64,000 nucleotides of DNA from contig JBIOVV010000008.1 in NCBI GenBank assembly GCA_044867925.1, positions 57,252 to 121,251 of the forward strand. The letters are read 5' to 3'. Below, in pieces: positions 22,729-31,930 of the stretch. Under the pieces are notes generated by a model that was given only the letters and a program-made list of their open reading frames with translations, was not told the DNA's origin and made no database searches. Both the position numbers and the translations under genes were made by a program. Source of the DNA: Solirubrobacterales bacterium (GTDB lineage Bacteria > Actinomycetota > Thermoleophilia > Solirubrobacterales > 70-9). Position 1 is the stretch's first letter, and every line of letters starts with the position of its first letter.

Positions 22729-25449
22729 GTGCGCGCAGGCGCGGTCAGGATCGCGGTCGCGGGGGCCCTGGTCCTCTGCGCCTGCGCCGCGCCGTCCGCC
22801 CGGGCGGACTTCGGCATCGCCAACTGGGAAGCGCTGACCTGCGCGGTGGATGCGACGCCGGCCGATCCCTGCACCGCCGAAGACGTCTCCGACTTCTACA
22901 CCCAGGCGGCCGGGCACCCGAACTTCGGCATCACCGCCTTCAAGCTCAACACCGGCCCCTTCGAAGTCCCCGAAGGCAACGTCAAGGACATCAGGGTCGA
23001 ACTCCCCGAGGGCCTCGGCGTCAACCCCGAGGCGACCGAGCAGTGCACCGTCGCCCAGCTCGCCGGCTCGGCCTGCCCGCCCGGATCGCTGGTCGGGACC
23101 AACTACCTGCGCGCGATCGTCGCCGCCGGCCCGCCGCCGGTGGTCACGACGATCCCGGTCCCCGTCTACAACGTCGAGCCGCCCTTCGGCGTCCCTTCGA
23201 TGGCCGGCTTCCAGATCCCCCTGCCGGGCTCAGAGCCGACGCTCCTCGTCGGCGACCTCGACCCCGGCGACCAGCACATCTCCTTCACGATCTCAGACGT
23301 CGAGCCGCCGCCAGACGGGCCGCCGGTGATCGGCTCGCGCCTGATCTTCAACGGCAAGGCCGGGGCGGGCTACCTGACGATGCCGAGCGTCTGCGCCGGC
23401 GGGCAGACCTCGGTCCTGCGCGTCGACTCCCATCAGAACCCCGGCGTCTTCGTCAGCGAGCCGTTCACCACCCCGGTCGGGGCCGACGGCTGCGAGGTCG
23501 TGCCCTTCGACCCGAGTGTCGAGGTGACGGTGAACGGCTCGACCGACTCGCCCGAACCTGCCGCGATCTCGCTGAAGATTCCCGACACGCCCGGCCCGAA
23601 CGAGATCACCAACTCCCACCTGCGCACCGCCCAGGTGACGCTGCCGAGGGGCATGGCCTTCAACCCCTCGGCGGCGCGCGGCCTGCGTGCCTGCACCGAC
23701 GCCCAGTTCGCCAAGGGGACGAACGACGCGATTCAGTGCCCCGGCGAGTCGAAGGTCGGCACCGTCGACGTCGAGACGCCCTCGCTGCCACCGGACTCGA
23801 TCGGCGGCAGCGTCTACGTCGGCCAGCCGCTCAGCGACGACCCGACCTCGGGCAACCAGTTCCGCATCTTCCTCCACGCCTCCTCTCCGCGGTTCGGGGT
23901 AGACGTAAGGCTCGTCGGTCGCGTCTACCCCGACCTGCGGACGGGGCAGCTGACGGCGGTGATCGACGACAACCCGCAGGCGCCGTTCAGCGACTTCACG
24001 ATCCAACTCGAGGGTGGGGCGGGGGGCGTCCTAACCACCCCGCCGACCTGCGGCCCGCACCCCACCCGCACCAAGCTCACCCCATGGACGGGCACCATGG
24101 AGGCGACCCCCGGCGACTCCATCTCCCTCGGCTCGTCGCCGGGGGGTCGGCCGTGTGCGAAAACGCTCGCCGAGCGTCCGTTCGCGCCGGCGCTGCGAGC
24201 CGGCCCCGATCAGCGGCGTGCGGGGGCCTACAGCCCGTTCCGCTTCCACTTCGACCGCCCCGACGGCGCCCAGGAGCTGCGCCGCGTCGAGCTGGCGCTG
24301 CCGCCCGGCATGGTCGCGCGGCTGCGTGGCGTCGCCTACTGCCCTGAGACGGGTATAGCGGCCGCCGCCCGGCGCAGCGGCGCCAGCGTCAAAGCGACCG
24401 CGGCCTGCCCGCAGAAGAGCTCGCTCGGCTATCTCGACATCGACGCGGGGTCGGGACCGCGACCGCTCGGCGTACACGGCAAGGTCTACCTCGCCGGCCC
24501 CTACGAGGGCGCTCCCGTCAGCCTCGTCTTCGTCACCCCGGCTCTCGCGGGTCCCTATGACCTCGGCACGGTGGTGGTCCGCGCCGCCCTCCACGTCGAT
24601 CCCGAGACCGCGCAGGTGAGGGTCGTCTCCGACCCGATCCCCGACGTCTTCGGCGGCGTCAAGCTCGGCATCCGGGCGATCGACGTGGCAATCAGGCGAC
24701 CGCGCTTCACGGTCAACCCGACCACCTGTCGCGAAGGGTTCCCGATCCGCTCCGACGCCTTCGGCGGTGGCGCCAACCCGGCCGATCCGGCCGCCTGGGC
24801 GGGGTTCTCCCATAGCGATCTCTTCTGGGCGAACGATTGCCGGCGACTTCGCTTCGAGCCGCGTTTCTTCGCCCGCGTCTTCGGTCAGAAGCAGAGGCTG
24901 CGGCGGGCGGCCAACCCGCGCTTCCGCGCGATTCTGCGGGCACGCAAGGGCGACGCCAACCTGCAGCGCGCCGCCTTCGTCCTACCGCGCGCGATGATCC
25001 TCGACCAGGGCCACATCCGCACGATCTGCACCCGGGTCCAGCTCGCCGCGAGCGAATGTCCAAGGGCCGCGATCTACGGCTTCGCGCGAGCGACCTCGCC
25101 CCTGCTCGACGGCAATCTCAAGGGACCCGTCTACCTCACCTCTTCCGACAACGAACTCCCCGACCTGCTCGCCGACCTGCGCGGCCAGGTCGACATCCGC
25201 CTGCGCGGCACGATCAGCTCGGTGCGCGGTCGCCTGAAGACGGTCTTCTACCCGACCCCCGACGTCGCTGTGGACAAGTTCATCCTCACGATGCGCGGCG
25301 GCAACCACGGCCTGCTGGTCAATTCAGACAACGTGTGCCGGCGCAAGCGCTTCGCCTTCCTCAACCTGAAGGCGCAGAACAGCAGGCGCCTGCGGAGCAA
25401 CCGGCTGCGGCTGAACATCCCAGGGTGCCGGCGCGCCGACCGCCGCTGA
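22729..25449 (+). CDS. Large (~906 aa) secreted hypothetical protein with a three-fold internal Cys motif and a polybasic tail
   Basis: I chose the GTG at 22729, 1 nt after the upstream stop. The signal peptide is VRAGAVRIAVAGALVLCACAAPSARA. There are three LP.G....C...CP..S.VG modules. The tail is CRRKRFAFLNLKAQNSRRLRSNRLRLNIPGCRRADRR. Confidence 0.7.
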   Translation: MRAGAVRIAVAGALVLCACAAPSARADFGIANWEALTCAVDATPADPCTAEDVSDFYTQAAGHPNFGITAFKLNTGPFEVPEGNVKDIRVELPEGLGVNPEATEQCTVAQLAGSACPPGSLVGTNYLRAIVAAGPPPVVTTIPVPVYNVEPPFGVPSMAGFQIPLPGSEPTLLVGDLDPGDQHISFTISDVEPPPDGPPVIGSRLIFNGKAGAGYLTMPSVCAGGQTSVLRVDSHQNPGVFVSEPFTTPVGADGCEVVPFDPSVEVTVNGSTDSPEPAAISLKIPDTPGPNEITNSHLRTAQVTLPRGMAFNPSAARGLRACTDAQFAKGTNDAIQCPGESKVGTVDVETPSLPPDSIGGSVYVGQPLSDDPTSGNQFRIFLHASSPRFGVDVRLVGRVYPDLRTGQLTAVIDDNPQAPFSDFTIQLEGGAGGVLTTPPTCGPHPTRTKLTPWTGTMEATPGDSISLGSSPGGRPCAKTLAERPFAPALRAGPDQRRAGAYSPFRFHFDRPDGAQELRRVELALPPGMVARLRGVAYCPETGIAAAARRSGASVKATAACPQKSSLGYLDIDAGSGPRPLGVHGKVYLAGPYEGAPVSLVFVTPALAGPYDLGTVVVRAALHVDPETAQVRVVSDPIPDVFGGVKLGIRAIDVAIRRPRFTVNPTTCREGFPIRSDAFGGGANPADPAAWAGFSHSDLFWANDCRRLRFEPRFFARVFGQKQRLRRAANPRFRAILRARKGDANLQRAAFVLPRAMILDQGHIRTICTRVQLAASECPRAAIYGFARATSPLLDGNLKGPVYLTSSDNELPDLLADLRGQVDIRLRGTISSVRGRLKTVFYPTPDVAVDKFILTMRGGNHGLLVNSDNVCRRKRFAFLNLKAQNSRRLRSNRLRLNIPGCRRADRR

Positions 25450-25480
25450 CCCTCGAGCACTCCGCCGAGGAGCTCGAGGG
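25450..25480 (+). terminator. Hairpin immediately after the large secreted-protein gene
   Basis: CCCTCGAGC (25450-25458) pairs with GCTCGAGGG (25472-25480). No U-tract follows. Confidence 0.35.
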
Positions 25481-25662
25481 CCTCCGCGCGGCGTCGACGG
25501 CAGGCCTGGTTGGCGCTGCGCTGCTTTCGACGCTTGCCTTTCCCTTGCCGCCGCGGCGCCTGCGCCGGCGGGGCAAGGGGGAGGGCCAAGCGGTTACCGT
25601 GTGAGCCAGGTGCGCCGGGAAGACTGGTCGGCAACACTCGTCGTCGACCCCGAAAGGCCCAG

Positions 25663-26934
25663 ATGGCCATCGCCGTAGCCACCTTCCTCATCGCCCTGGC
25701 GATCGTCGCCAGCGAGAAGCTGCACCGCACCAACGTGTCCCTCCTGGGAGCCGCGATCGTCGTCCTCTTCGTCGGCGACTTCTCCCAGGAGCAGGCGATC
25801 GAGTCGGTCGACTTCAACACGATCGGCCTCCTGGTCGGGATGATGATCCTCGTCTACCTGACCCAGCAGACCGGGGTCTACGACTACGTCGCGATCCGCG
25901 CCGGCCAGCTCTCCGGTGGGCGCTCCTTCGCGCTGACGATGAGCCTGGCCGCGATCACCGCGATCCTCTCCGCCTTCCTCGACAACCTGACCACGATCCT
26001 GCTCGTCGCGCCGATCACCTTCCTGCTCGCCGACGCGCTCGACATCGAGGCGGTGCCCCTGCTGATCATCGAGGTGATGGCCTCCAACATCGGCGGCACC
26101 GCGACGCTGATCGGCGACCCGCCCAACATCATCATCGCCGGCGCCACCGGGCTCAGCTTCAACGCCTTCATCGCCAACCTGGCGCCGATCGTGATCGTCA
26201 CCTTCGCCGTGGTCGTGCCCTTGCTCTATCTGGTCTTCCGATCTCGCCTCCAGATCGAGGAGCGAAACCGCCGCGCCGTGATGGAGCTGGACGCGGTCGC
26301 CTCGATCCGCGATGCCGCCGAGCTGCGTCGGACCGGACCTGTGCTGGCCTTGACGGTCCTGGCCTTCTTCGCCCACCAAGCGCTTCACGTCGAGCCGGCC
26401 ACCGTCGCCCTCACCGGGGCGGCGATCGGCCTGCTGGTGACGAGGGTCGACCTCGAGAAGGCACTCTCGGGCATCGAGTGGACGACGCTCTTCTTCTTCA
26501 TCGGCCTCTTCGTGATGGTCGGAGCGCTGGAGGCAACCGGGGCGATCGCTCACATCGCCGACGCGGTCAAGGATCTGACCGGGGGCGAGCGCACCGCCGA
26601 GTTGATCGGGATCACCTGGGTCGCGGCTCTGGGCTCGGCCGCGGTCGACAACATTCCCTTCACCACGGCGATGATCCCGGTCGTGCGCGAGCTGCAGGAC
26701 GCGGCCGGTGCCGGCGGCGACGACGCCTACTGGTGGGCGCTCGCCCTCGGCGCCTGCTTCGGCGGCAATGCGACGATGATCGCCGCCGCCGCCAACGTCG
26801 CCGCCGCCGGGATGGCCGATCGGGCGGGCACGCCGATCGGCTTCATGGCCTTCCTGCGTGTCGGGGCGCCGGTTACCTTGATCTCGATCGCCCTCGCCAC
26901 CGCCTACATCTCAATCCGCTACATCGCGCTCTGA
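25663..26934 (+). CDS. ArsB/NhaD superfamily (SLC13-like) anion permease
   Basis: I chose the internal ATG at 25663. Blocks DFNTIGLLVGMMI, SAFLDNLTT, NIGGTATLIGDPPNIII and AAVDNIPFT are typical of this permease superfamily. Confidence 0.85.
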   Translation: MAIAVATFLIALAIVASEKLHRTNVSLLGAAIVVLFVGDFSQEQAIESVDFNTIGLLVGMMILVYLTQQTGVYDYVAIRAGQLSGGRSFALTMSLAAITAILSAFLDNLTTILLVAPITFLLADALDIEAVPLLIIEVMASNIGGTATLIGDPPNIIIAGATGLSFNAFIANLAPIVIVTFAVVVPLLYLVFRSRLQIEERNRRAVMELDAVASIRDAAELRRTGPVLALTVLAFFAHQALHVEPATVALTGAAIGLLVTRVDLEKALSGIEWTTLFFFIGLFVMVGALEATGAIAHIADAVKDLTGGERTAELIGITWVAALGSAAVDNIPFTTAMIPVVRELQDAAGAGGDDAYWWALALGACFGGNATMIAAAANVAAAGMADRAGTPIGFMAFLRVGAPVTLISIALATAYISIRYIAL

Positions 26935-26945
26935 GAGGAGACGTC

Positions 26946-27422
26946 ATGCCCGACTCGATAGTCACCGAGGTATTGCGAGAGATCAAGCCGCTCGAGGCCG
27001 ACTCCTTGATCGGTCCGGCGGCTCGACGGGTGATCGACGAGGGCCTGCCCGGGCTGCCGGCGGTCGAGCCGGACGGGCGCTTTGCCGGCATCTTCGGCGA
27101 GCGTGAGTTCATGGCGGCGCTCTTTCCCGGCTATGTCGGCGAGCTGGCCTCGGCGGCGATGGTCTCGCGCTCGGTCGATGAGACGATCGAGCGGCGCAGC
27201 GACTGTGCCCTGCGGCCGATCCGCCGCTACCTGACCACCGACCACGTCTTGGTCGAGGACGATTACTCCGACACCCAGCTGGCCGAGCTCTTCCTCCATC
27301 ACAGGGTGCTGATCGTCCCGATCGCGACGAAAGGCGAGGTCCACGCCGTGGTCACCCGGCACGATTTCTTCGCCGAGCTGGTCGGCCGCTTCGGCGCCAT
27401 CGCCGAGGATCTGGGCAACTGA
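26946..27422 (+). CDS. CBS domain-containing protein
   Basis: I chose the ATG at 26946, preceded by GAGGAG. Two CBS-like repeats are present (LPGLPAVEPDGRFAGIFGEREF and HRVLIVPIATKGEVHAVVTRHDF). Confidence 0.75.
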   Translation: MPDSIVTEVLREIKPLEADSLIGPAARRVIDEGLPGLPAVEPDGRFAGIFGEREFMAALFPGYVGELASAAMVSRSVDETIERRSDCALRPIRRYLTTDHVLVEDDYSDTQLAELFLHHRVLIVPIATKGEVHAVVTRHDFFAELVGRFGAIAEDLGN

Positions 27423-27429
27423 CTCGGCC

Positions 27430-28545
27430 TCAGGAAGAGAGGACGGAGCGGACCTGGCCCGCGATCTCGAGATCCTCGCGGGCGTGGACCAGCACGACGG
27501 GCACGACCGTACCGGCCTCGGAAAGCAGGCCGTCAGCCTTGCTCTCGTCGTTGAGCCGCGGGTCGAGCTCGACGCCGAGGAAGGCGACGGCGCTTGCCGC
27601 CGCGGAGCGCACCCGCGCCGAGCTCTCACCGACGCCGCCGGTGAAGACGAGGGCGTCGATGCCTCCCATCGCCGTCGCCATCGAGGCGATCGCCGCCGCA
27701 AGCCGGTGGATGTAGACGTCGAAGGCGAGACGGCTGCGCTCCTCGCCCGCGTCGGCTGCCGCGATCACCTCGCGCATGTCCCCCGAGCGTCCCGATAGCC
27801 CGAGCAGGCCGGACTCGCGGTCGAGCGCCCGCTCCATCGACTCGGCGCCGAGCTCGCCGTGGCGCTGGACCCAGAGCAGCAGGCCGGGGTCGACCGAGCC
27901 GGCGCGGGTCGCCATCACCAGGCCATCGAGCGGGGTGAAGCCCATCGTCGTATCGACCGAGCACCCGCCCTTCACCGCCGCCAGCGAAGCGCCGGCGCCG
28001 AGGTGGGCGCTCACCAGGCGCAGCCCTGCCTCCGCTCGCCCGAGCAGCTCCGCGGCGCGGCGGCTCGCGTAGGCGTGGGAGAGGCCGTGAAAGCCGTAGC
28101 GGCGCAGCGCCCAGCGGACAGACCACGCCGCCGGCACGGCATAGGTCGAGGCGGCGGCCGGCATCTCGGCGTGGAAGGCGGTGTCGAAGCAGGCGACGTT
28201 GAGCAACCCAGGCATTTCCGCCTCCAGGGCTCGTATCGCTTCCAGGGCGGGGGGGTTGTGGAGGGGGGCGAGGTCGGCGAGGCGGTCGAGCTCCTCCTCG
28301 ATGCTTGGATCGAGGAGAGTCGGGCCGGTGAAGTCGGGACCGCCGTGGACTACCCGGTGGCCGGCGGCGTCGACTGTCCCGCCGTCGGCCAGGATCGCGG
28401 CCAGCTCGCCGCGCAGCTCCTCCTCCCCCTCGACGCAGCCACTGTCGCGTGAGCTGACGATCCGATCCTCGGCATCGAGGATCCGCAACTTCAGGCTCGA
28501 GGAACCGGCGTTGACGGTGAGGATGCGGCCGGTCGGCGATGCCAC
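27430..28545 (-). CDS. ackA: Acetate kinase
   Basis: ILTVNAGSSSLK, HRVVHGG, and GFHGLSH blocks. GTG start 2 nt after the xfp stop. Confidence 0.92.
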   Translation of the reverse strand: MASPTGRILTVNAGSSSLKLRILDAEDRIVSSRDSGCVEGEEELRGELAAILADGGTVDAAGHRVVHGGPDFTGPTLLDPSIEEELDRLADLAPLHNPPALEAIRALEAEMPGLLNVACFDTAFHAEMPAAASTYAVPAAWSVRWALRRYGFHGLSHAYASRRAAELLGRAEAGLRLVSAHLGAGASLAAVKGGCSVDTTMGFTPLDGLVMATRAGSVDPGLLLWVQRHGELGAESMERALDRESGLLGLSGRSGDMREVIAAADAGEERSRLAFDVYIHRLAAAIASMATAMGGIDALVFTGGVGESSARVRSAAASAVAFLGVELDPRLNDESKADGLLSEAGTVVPVVLVHAREDLEIAGQVRSVLSS

Positions 28546-28547
28546 GC

Positions 28548-30920
28548 TCAGGAAGCCCGCCAGGCCCAGTCGCGAATCTCGGGCATGTCCTCCAGGTGCT
28601 CGCGGACGTAATCGTGGTGGCGAGCCAGCATCTCCTCGCAGTGCTCTCGGAGCTCGCCGCTCCCCGCCACCTCGCGCTTGGCCCGGCGCAGCGCCTCCAG
28701 CGCGAGGTCGTAGCGGCTCATCCGGTTGATCACGACCATGTCGAAGGGGGTTGTCGTCGTGCCCTGCTCGTTGAAGCCGCGGACGTGGAAGCGGCCGGGA
28801 TGGGGGCGGCCGTGGAGGAGCTGGTGCAGGGCGCGGGCGTAGCCGTGGAAGGCGAAGACGACCTCGTCCGCGCGGCCGAAGAGCTCGACGAAGCGCTCCT
28901 CCTCCAGTCCGTGGGGATGGACGTCGCGGGGGAAGAGAACCATCAGATCGATCACGTTGACGACCCGCACCCGCAGCTCCGGCGTGTGGCGGCGCAGCAG
29001 CGATGCGGCGGCCAGCGTCTCCTGGGTCGGGATGTCCCCGGCGCAGCCGAGGACGACGTCAGTGTCATCGCCGTCCTCGCTGCTCGCCCACTCCCAGCGC
29101 GAGGCACCGGCGGCGGCGTGGGCGCGCGCCTGCTCGTAGGTCAGGTATTGCAGCTGCGGCTGCTTGTCCTGGACGATCAGGTTGACGTAGTCGCGGCTGC
29201 GAAAGGCGTGCTCGGCGATGGCGAGCAGGCAGTTGGCGTCGGGCGGGAAGTAGATGCGGACGACCTCGCCGCGGAGGCTGATCATCGTGTCGATCAGCCC
29301 CGGTCCCTGGTGGCTGAAGCCGTTGTGGTCGTTGCGCCAGCAGGTCGAGGTGAGGAGGACGTTGAGCGATGCGACCGGGGCGCGCCAGTCCAGCCGCCGC
29401 ATCTCCTCCAGCCACTTCGTGTGCTGGATCGCCATCGAGGCGGAGACCATCGCGAACGCCTCGTAGGTGGCGAAGAGGCCGTGGCGGCCGCTCAGCAGGT
29501 AGCCCTCGAGCCAGCCCTGGCAGTTGTGCTCGGAGAGGACCTCCATCACCCGACCCTCGGGGGAGACGTCGGTGTCCTCGGGGCGGGCGTCGATCAGGCA
29601 GCCGTCGGAGGCCTCGAAGACGGCGCCGAGTCGGTTGGAGTCGGTCTCGTCCGGGCAGAAGAGGCGGAAGTTGTCGGGGTTGGCGGCGTAGAGGTCGCGC
29701 AGCAGCTCGCCGAGACGCCGGGTCGATTCGGCCCTCGAGCTGCCGGGCGCCTCGACCGCCAGCGCGTAGGCGGAGGTGTCGGGGACCTCCAGCGGCACCA
29801 GCATGCGGCCGCCGTTGGCGTGCGGGGTCGCACCCATGCGCTTGTCGCCGTCGGGGCAAAGCGCCGCCAGCTCGGGGAAGAGGCGGCCGTCATCGTCGAA
29901 GCGCCGCTCGGGCCGGTAGCGGCGCATCCACTCCTCGAGCATCTCCAGGTGGGCGGCGTTCTCGCGCACCCCTGCGAGGGGGACCTGGTGGGAGCGGAAG
30001 GTTCCCTCGACCTTCCTGCCGTCGACCTCGACCGGGCCGGTCCAGCCCTTCGGCGTGCGCAGCGCTATCGCCGGCCAGCGCGGCCTGCCGCTGCCACGGC
30101 CAGAGCGGGCATCGTCCTGGATCGCCGTGATCGTGGCGTGGCACTCGGCCAGGGTCGCGGCGAAGTCGGCGTGGACCTGGCGCGGCTCGGAGCCGCTGAC
30201 GAAGCGACACTCATAGCCGTGTCCCGCGAGCAGCTGCCGAACCTCCTCCTCGGGCGCCCGTCCCAGCGCGGTCGGCCCCGAGATCTTGTTCTCGTTCAGG
30301 TGCAGGATCGGCAGCACCGCCCCGTCTCGCGCCGGGTTGAGGAACCGCACGCCCTTCCACGAGCCCTCCAGCGGCGCCGTCTCCGCCTCGCCGTCCCCGA
30401 TTACGCAGGCGACCAGCAGGTCGGGGTTGTCGAAGGCGGCGCCAAAGGCATGGACCAGTGCGTAGCCGAGCTCGCCGCCCTCGTGGATCGACCCCGGTGT
30501 CGGCACGCTGACGTGGCTCGGAATCCCGCCGGGAGTCGAGAACTGCCGCACCAACCGCAGCAGCCCGGCCTCATCCTGGGAGACCTCTGGGTAGACCTCG
30601 GAGTAGGTGCCCTCCAGGTAGACGTTGGCGACCAGGGCCGGGCCGCCGTGGCCGGGGCCGGCGACGTAGAGGACCTCCTTGCCGGTCTCGCGGATCAGCC
30701 GGTTGAGCTGGGCATAGACGAGGTTGAGACCGGGGGAGGTGCCCCAGTGGCCGAGCAGCCGCGGCTTGATGTGATTGGACTGGAGGGGCTCGCGCAGCAG
30801 CGCGTTGTCCTGCAGGTAGATCTGGGCGACGGTGAGGTAGTTCGCCGCCTCCCAGTAGGCGATCAGGCCATCCAGCTCGGCTTCGCTCAGCTCGGCCACC
30901 GACGACGAGGTTAGCTTCAC
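28548..30920 (-). CDS. xfp: Phosphoketolase (xylulose-5-P/fructose-6-P)
   Basis: YWEAANYLTVAQIYL, GHWGTSPGLN, GPGHGGPA, EGGELGY and GDGEAETG-like blocks. The start is GTG 30920 or GTG 30899. The 1082-aa track ORF over-extends into the antisense of the ZIP gene. Confidence 0.9.
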   Translation of the reverse strand: MKLTSSSVAELSEAELDGLIAYWEAANYLTVAQIYLQDNALLREPLQSNHIKPRLLGHWGTSPGLNLVYAQLNRLIRETGKEVLYVAGPGHGGPALVANVYLEGTYSEVYPEVSQDEAGLLRLVRQFSTPGGIPSHVSVPTPGSIHEGGELGYALVHAFGAAFDNPDLLVACVIGDGEAETAPLEGSWKGVRFLNPARDGAVLPILHLNENKISGPTALGRAPEEEVRQLLAGHGYECRFVSGSEPRQVHADFAATLAECHATITAIQDDARSGRGSGRPRWPAIALRTPKGWTGPVEVDGRKVEGTFRSHQVPLAGVRENAAHLEMLEEWMRRYRPERRFDDDGRLFPELAALCPDGDKRMGATPHANGGRMLVPLEVPDTSAYALAVEAPGSSRAESTRRLGELLRDLYAANPDNFRLFCPDETDSNRLGAVFEASDGCLIDARPEDTDVSPEGRVMEVLSEHNCQGWLEGYLLSGRHGLFATYEAFAMVSASMAIQHTKWLEEMRRLDWRAPVASLNVLLTSTCWRNDHNGFSHQGPGLIDTMISLRGEVVRIYFPPDANCLLAIAEHAFRSRDYVNLIVQDKQPQLQYLTYEQARAHAAAGASRWEWASSEDGDDTDVVLGCAGDIPTQETLAAASLLRRHTPELRVRVVNVIDLMVLFPRDVHPHGLEEERFVELFGRADEVVFAFHGYARALHQLLHGRPHPGRFHVRGFNEQGTTTTPFDMVVINRMSRYDLALEALRRAKREVAGSGELREHCEEMLARHHDYVREHLEDMPEIRDWAWRAS

Positions 30921-30923
30921 CCC

Positions 30924-31664
30924 ATGCCCGAGGCAGCGACTCTCTTTCTGGCCGCCTGCGGCACCGCGCTCGCCACCGGCCTCGGGGCCGTGCCGGTGTT
31001 CCTGCTGGGCCCACGCGCTGCCGCTTTGGCGCCGACCCTGCTCGGCTTCGCCGCCGGGGTCATGGGAGTGGCCGCCGTCGCCGGTCTGCTGATCCCGGCG
31101 AGCGAGGAAGGCTCGACGGGGGAGGTGGTCGCGGGCCTCCTCGTCGGTATCGGTTTTCTCGCCCTCGCCCGCCGCCGGTTCGACGCGGACGCCGGCTTCA
31201 TGGGTCGCACCGGCCCCGGCGCCCGCACCTCGGCCCTGGTCTTTCTCGTCCTCTTCATCCACAGCCTGCCCGAGGGCTTCGCGGTCGGCACCGCCTTCGC
31301 CTCCGATCGGGCGGGGTTGAGCCTGTTCGTGATCCTCGCGATCGCGATCCAGAACGTCCCCGAGGGGACCAGCGTGGCGATCCCGATGGCCGAGGCCGGC
31401 TTCGGGCGGGCGCGGCAGTTCTGGGCCGCGGTGGCGACCAGCGCGCCGCAGCCGGTCGGCGCTTTGGTCGCCTTCTTCGCGGTGGAGGAGGTCGGCGGCC
31501 TGTTGCCGCTCTCCTTCGCCTTCGCCGCCGGGGCGATGCTGGCGTTGATCGCGGTGGAGATGCTGCCGAGCGCCTTCGCCGGCCGCGGGCGCGCCGCCCC
31601 GGTCGCCGGGATCGCAGGCGGCGCCGTCCTGATGCTCCTGCTCAGCTTCCTGCTCGGCGTCTGA
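30924..31664 (+). CDS. ZIP family metal (zinc) transporter, ZupT-like
   Basis: HSLPEGFAVG and QNVPEGTSVA metal-binding helices, with about 8 TM segments. Confidence 0.88.
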   Translation: MPEAATLFLAACGTALATGLGAVPVFLLGPRAAALAPTLLGFAAGVMGVAAVAGLLIPASEEGSTGEVVAGLLVGIGFLALARRRFDADAGFMGRTGPGARTSALVFLVLFIHSLPEGFAVGTAFASDRAGLSLFVILAIAIQNVPEGTSVAIPMAEAGFGRARQFWAAVATSAPQPVGALVAFFAVEEVGGLLPLSFAFAAGAMLALIAVEMLPSAFAGRGRAAPVAGIAGGAVLMLLLSFLLGV

Positions 31665-31930
31665 CTCAGGCCGGCGCCAGCACGCCGAGCGCCACGACCG
31701 CGACGGCGATGACACCAAGGGCGAGGCCGGCGAGGATTCCCGGCCCGACGACAGCGAGCGGCACCGCCGGCGTTCCCGCCCGCAGCAGCTGTCCACGGTG
31801 ACGGGTGAGGTGCCGGTGGAGTGGCGGCCCGGGGTGCGATGGACACGGGCACAGGGAGCCCCGATCCTACGTGCGCTGCGTCCAACGCCTATCTCATAAT
31901 CACCCCCATGTCCCGACGGGCGGCACCCTC

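Noticed and set aside
28539-30914. 791-aa plus-strand ORF
   Set aside because: It is antisense to phosphoketolase, which has unmistakable family motifs. The translation is Ala/Gly/Arg/Val-rich with no motifs.
31672-31770. Short minus-strand frame encoding a hydrophobic segment (VPLAVVGPGILAGLALGVIAVAVVALGVLAPA) after the ZIP gene
   Set aside because: It is only ~32 codons from the first GTG, has no SD, and sits in GC-rich DNA where such frames arise by chance.
30921-31796. N-terminal extension of the phosphoketolase ORF (track ORF 28548-31796, 1082 aa)
   Set aside because: The extension is antisense to the ZIP transporter and is Arg/Gly/Glu low-complexity. Phosphoketolase homology begins at ...AELSEAELDGLIAYWEAANYL, so the start is placed at GTG 30920 or 30899.
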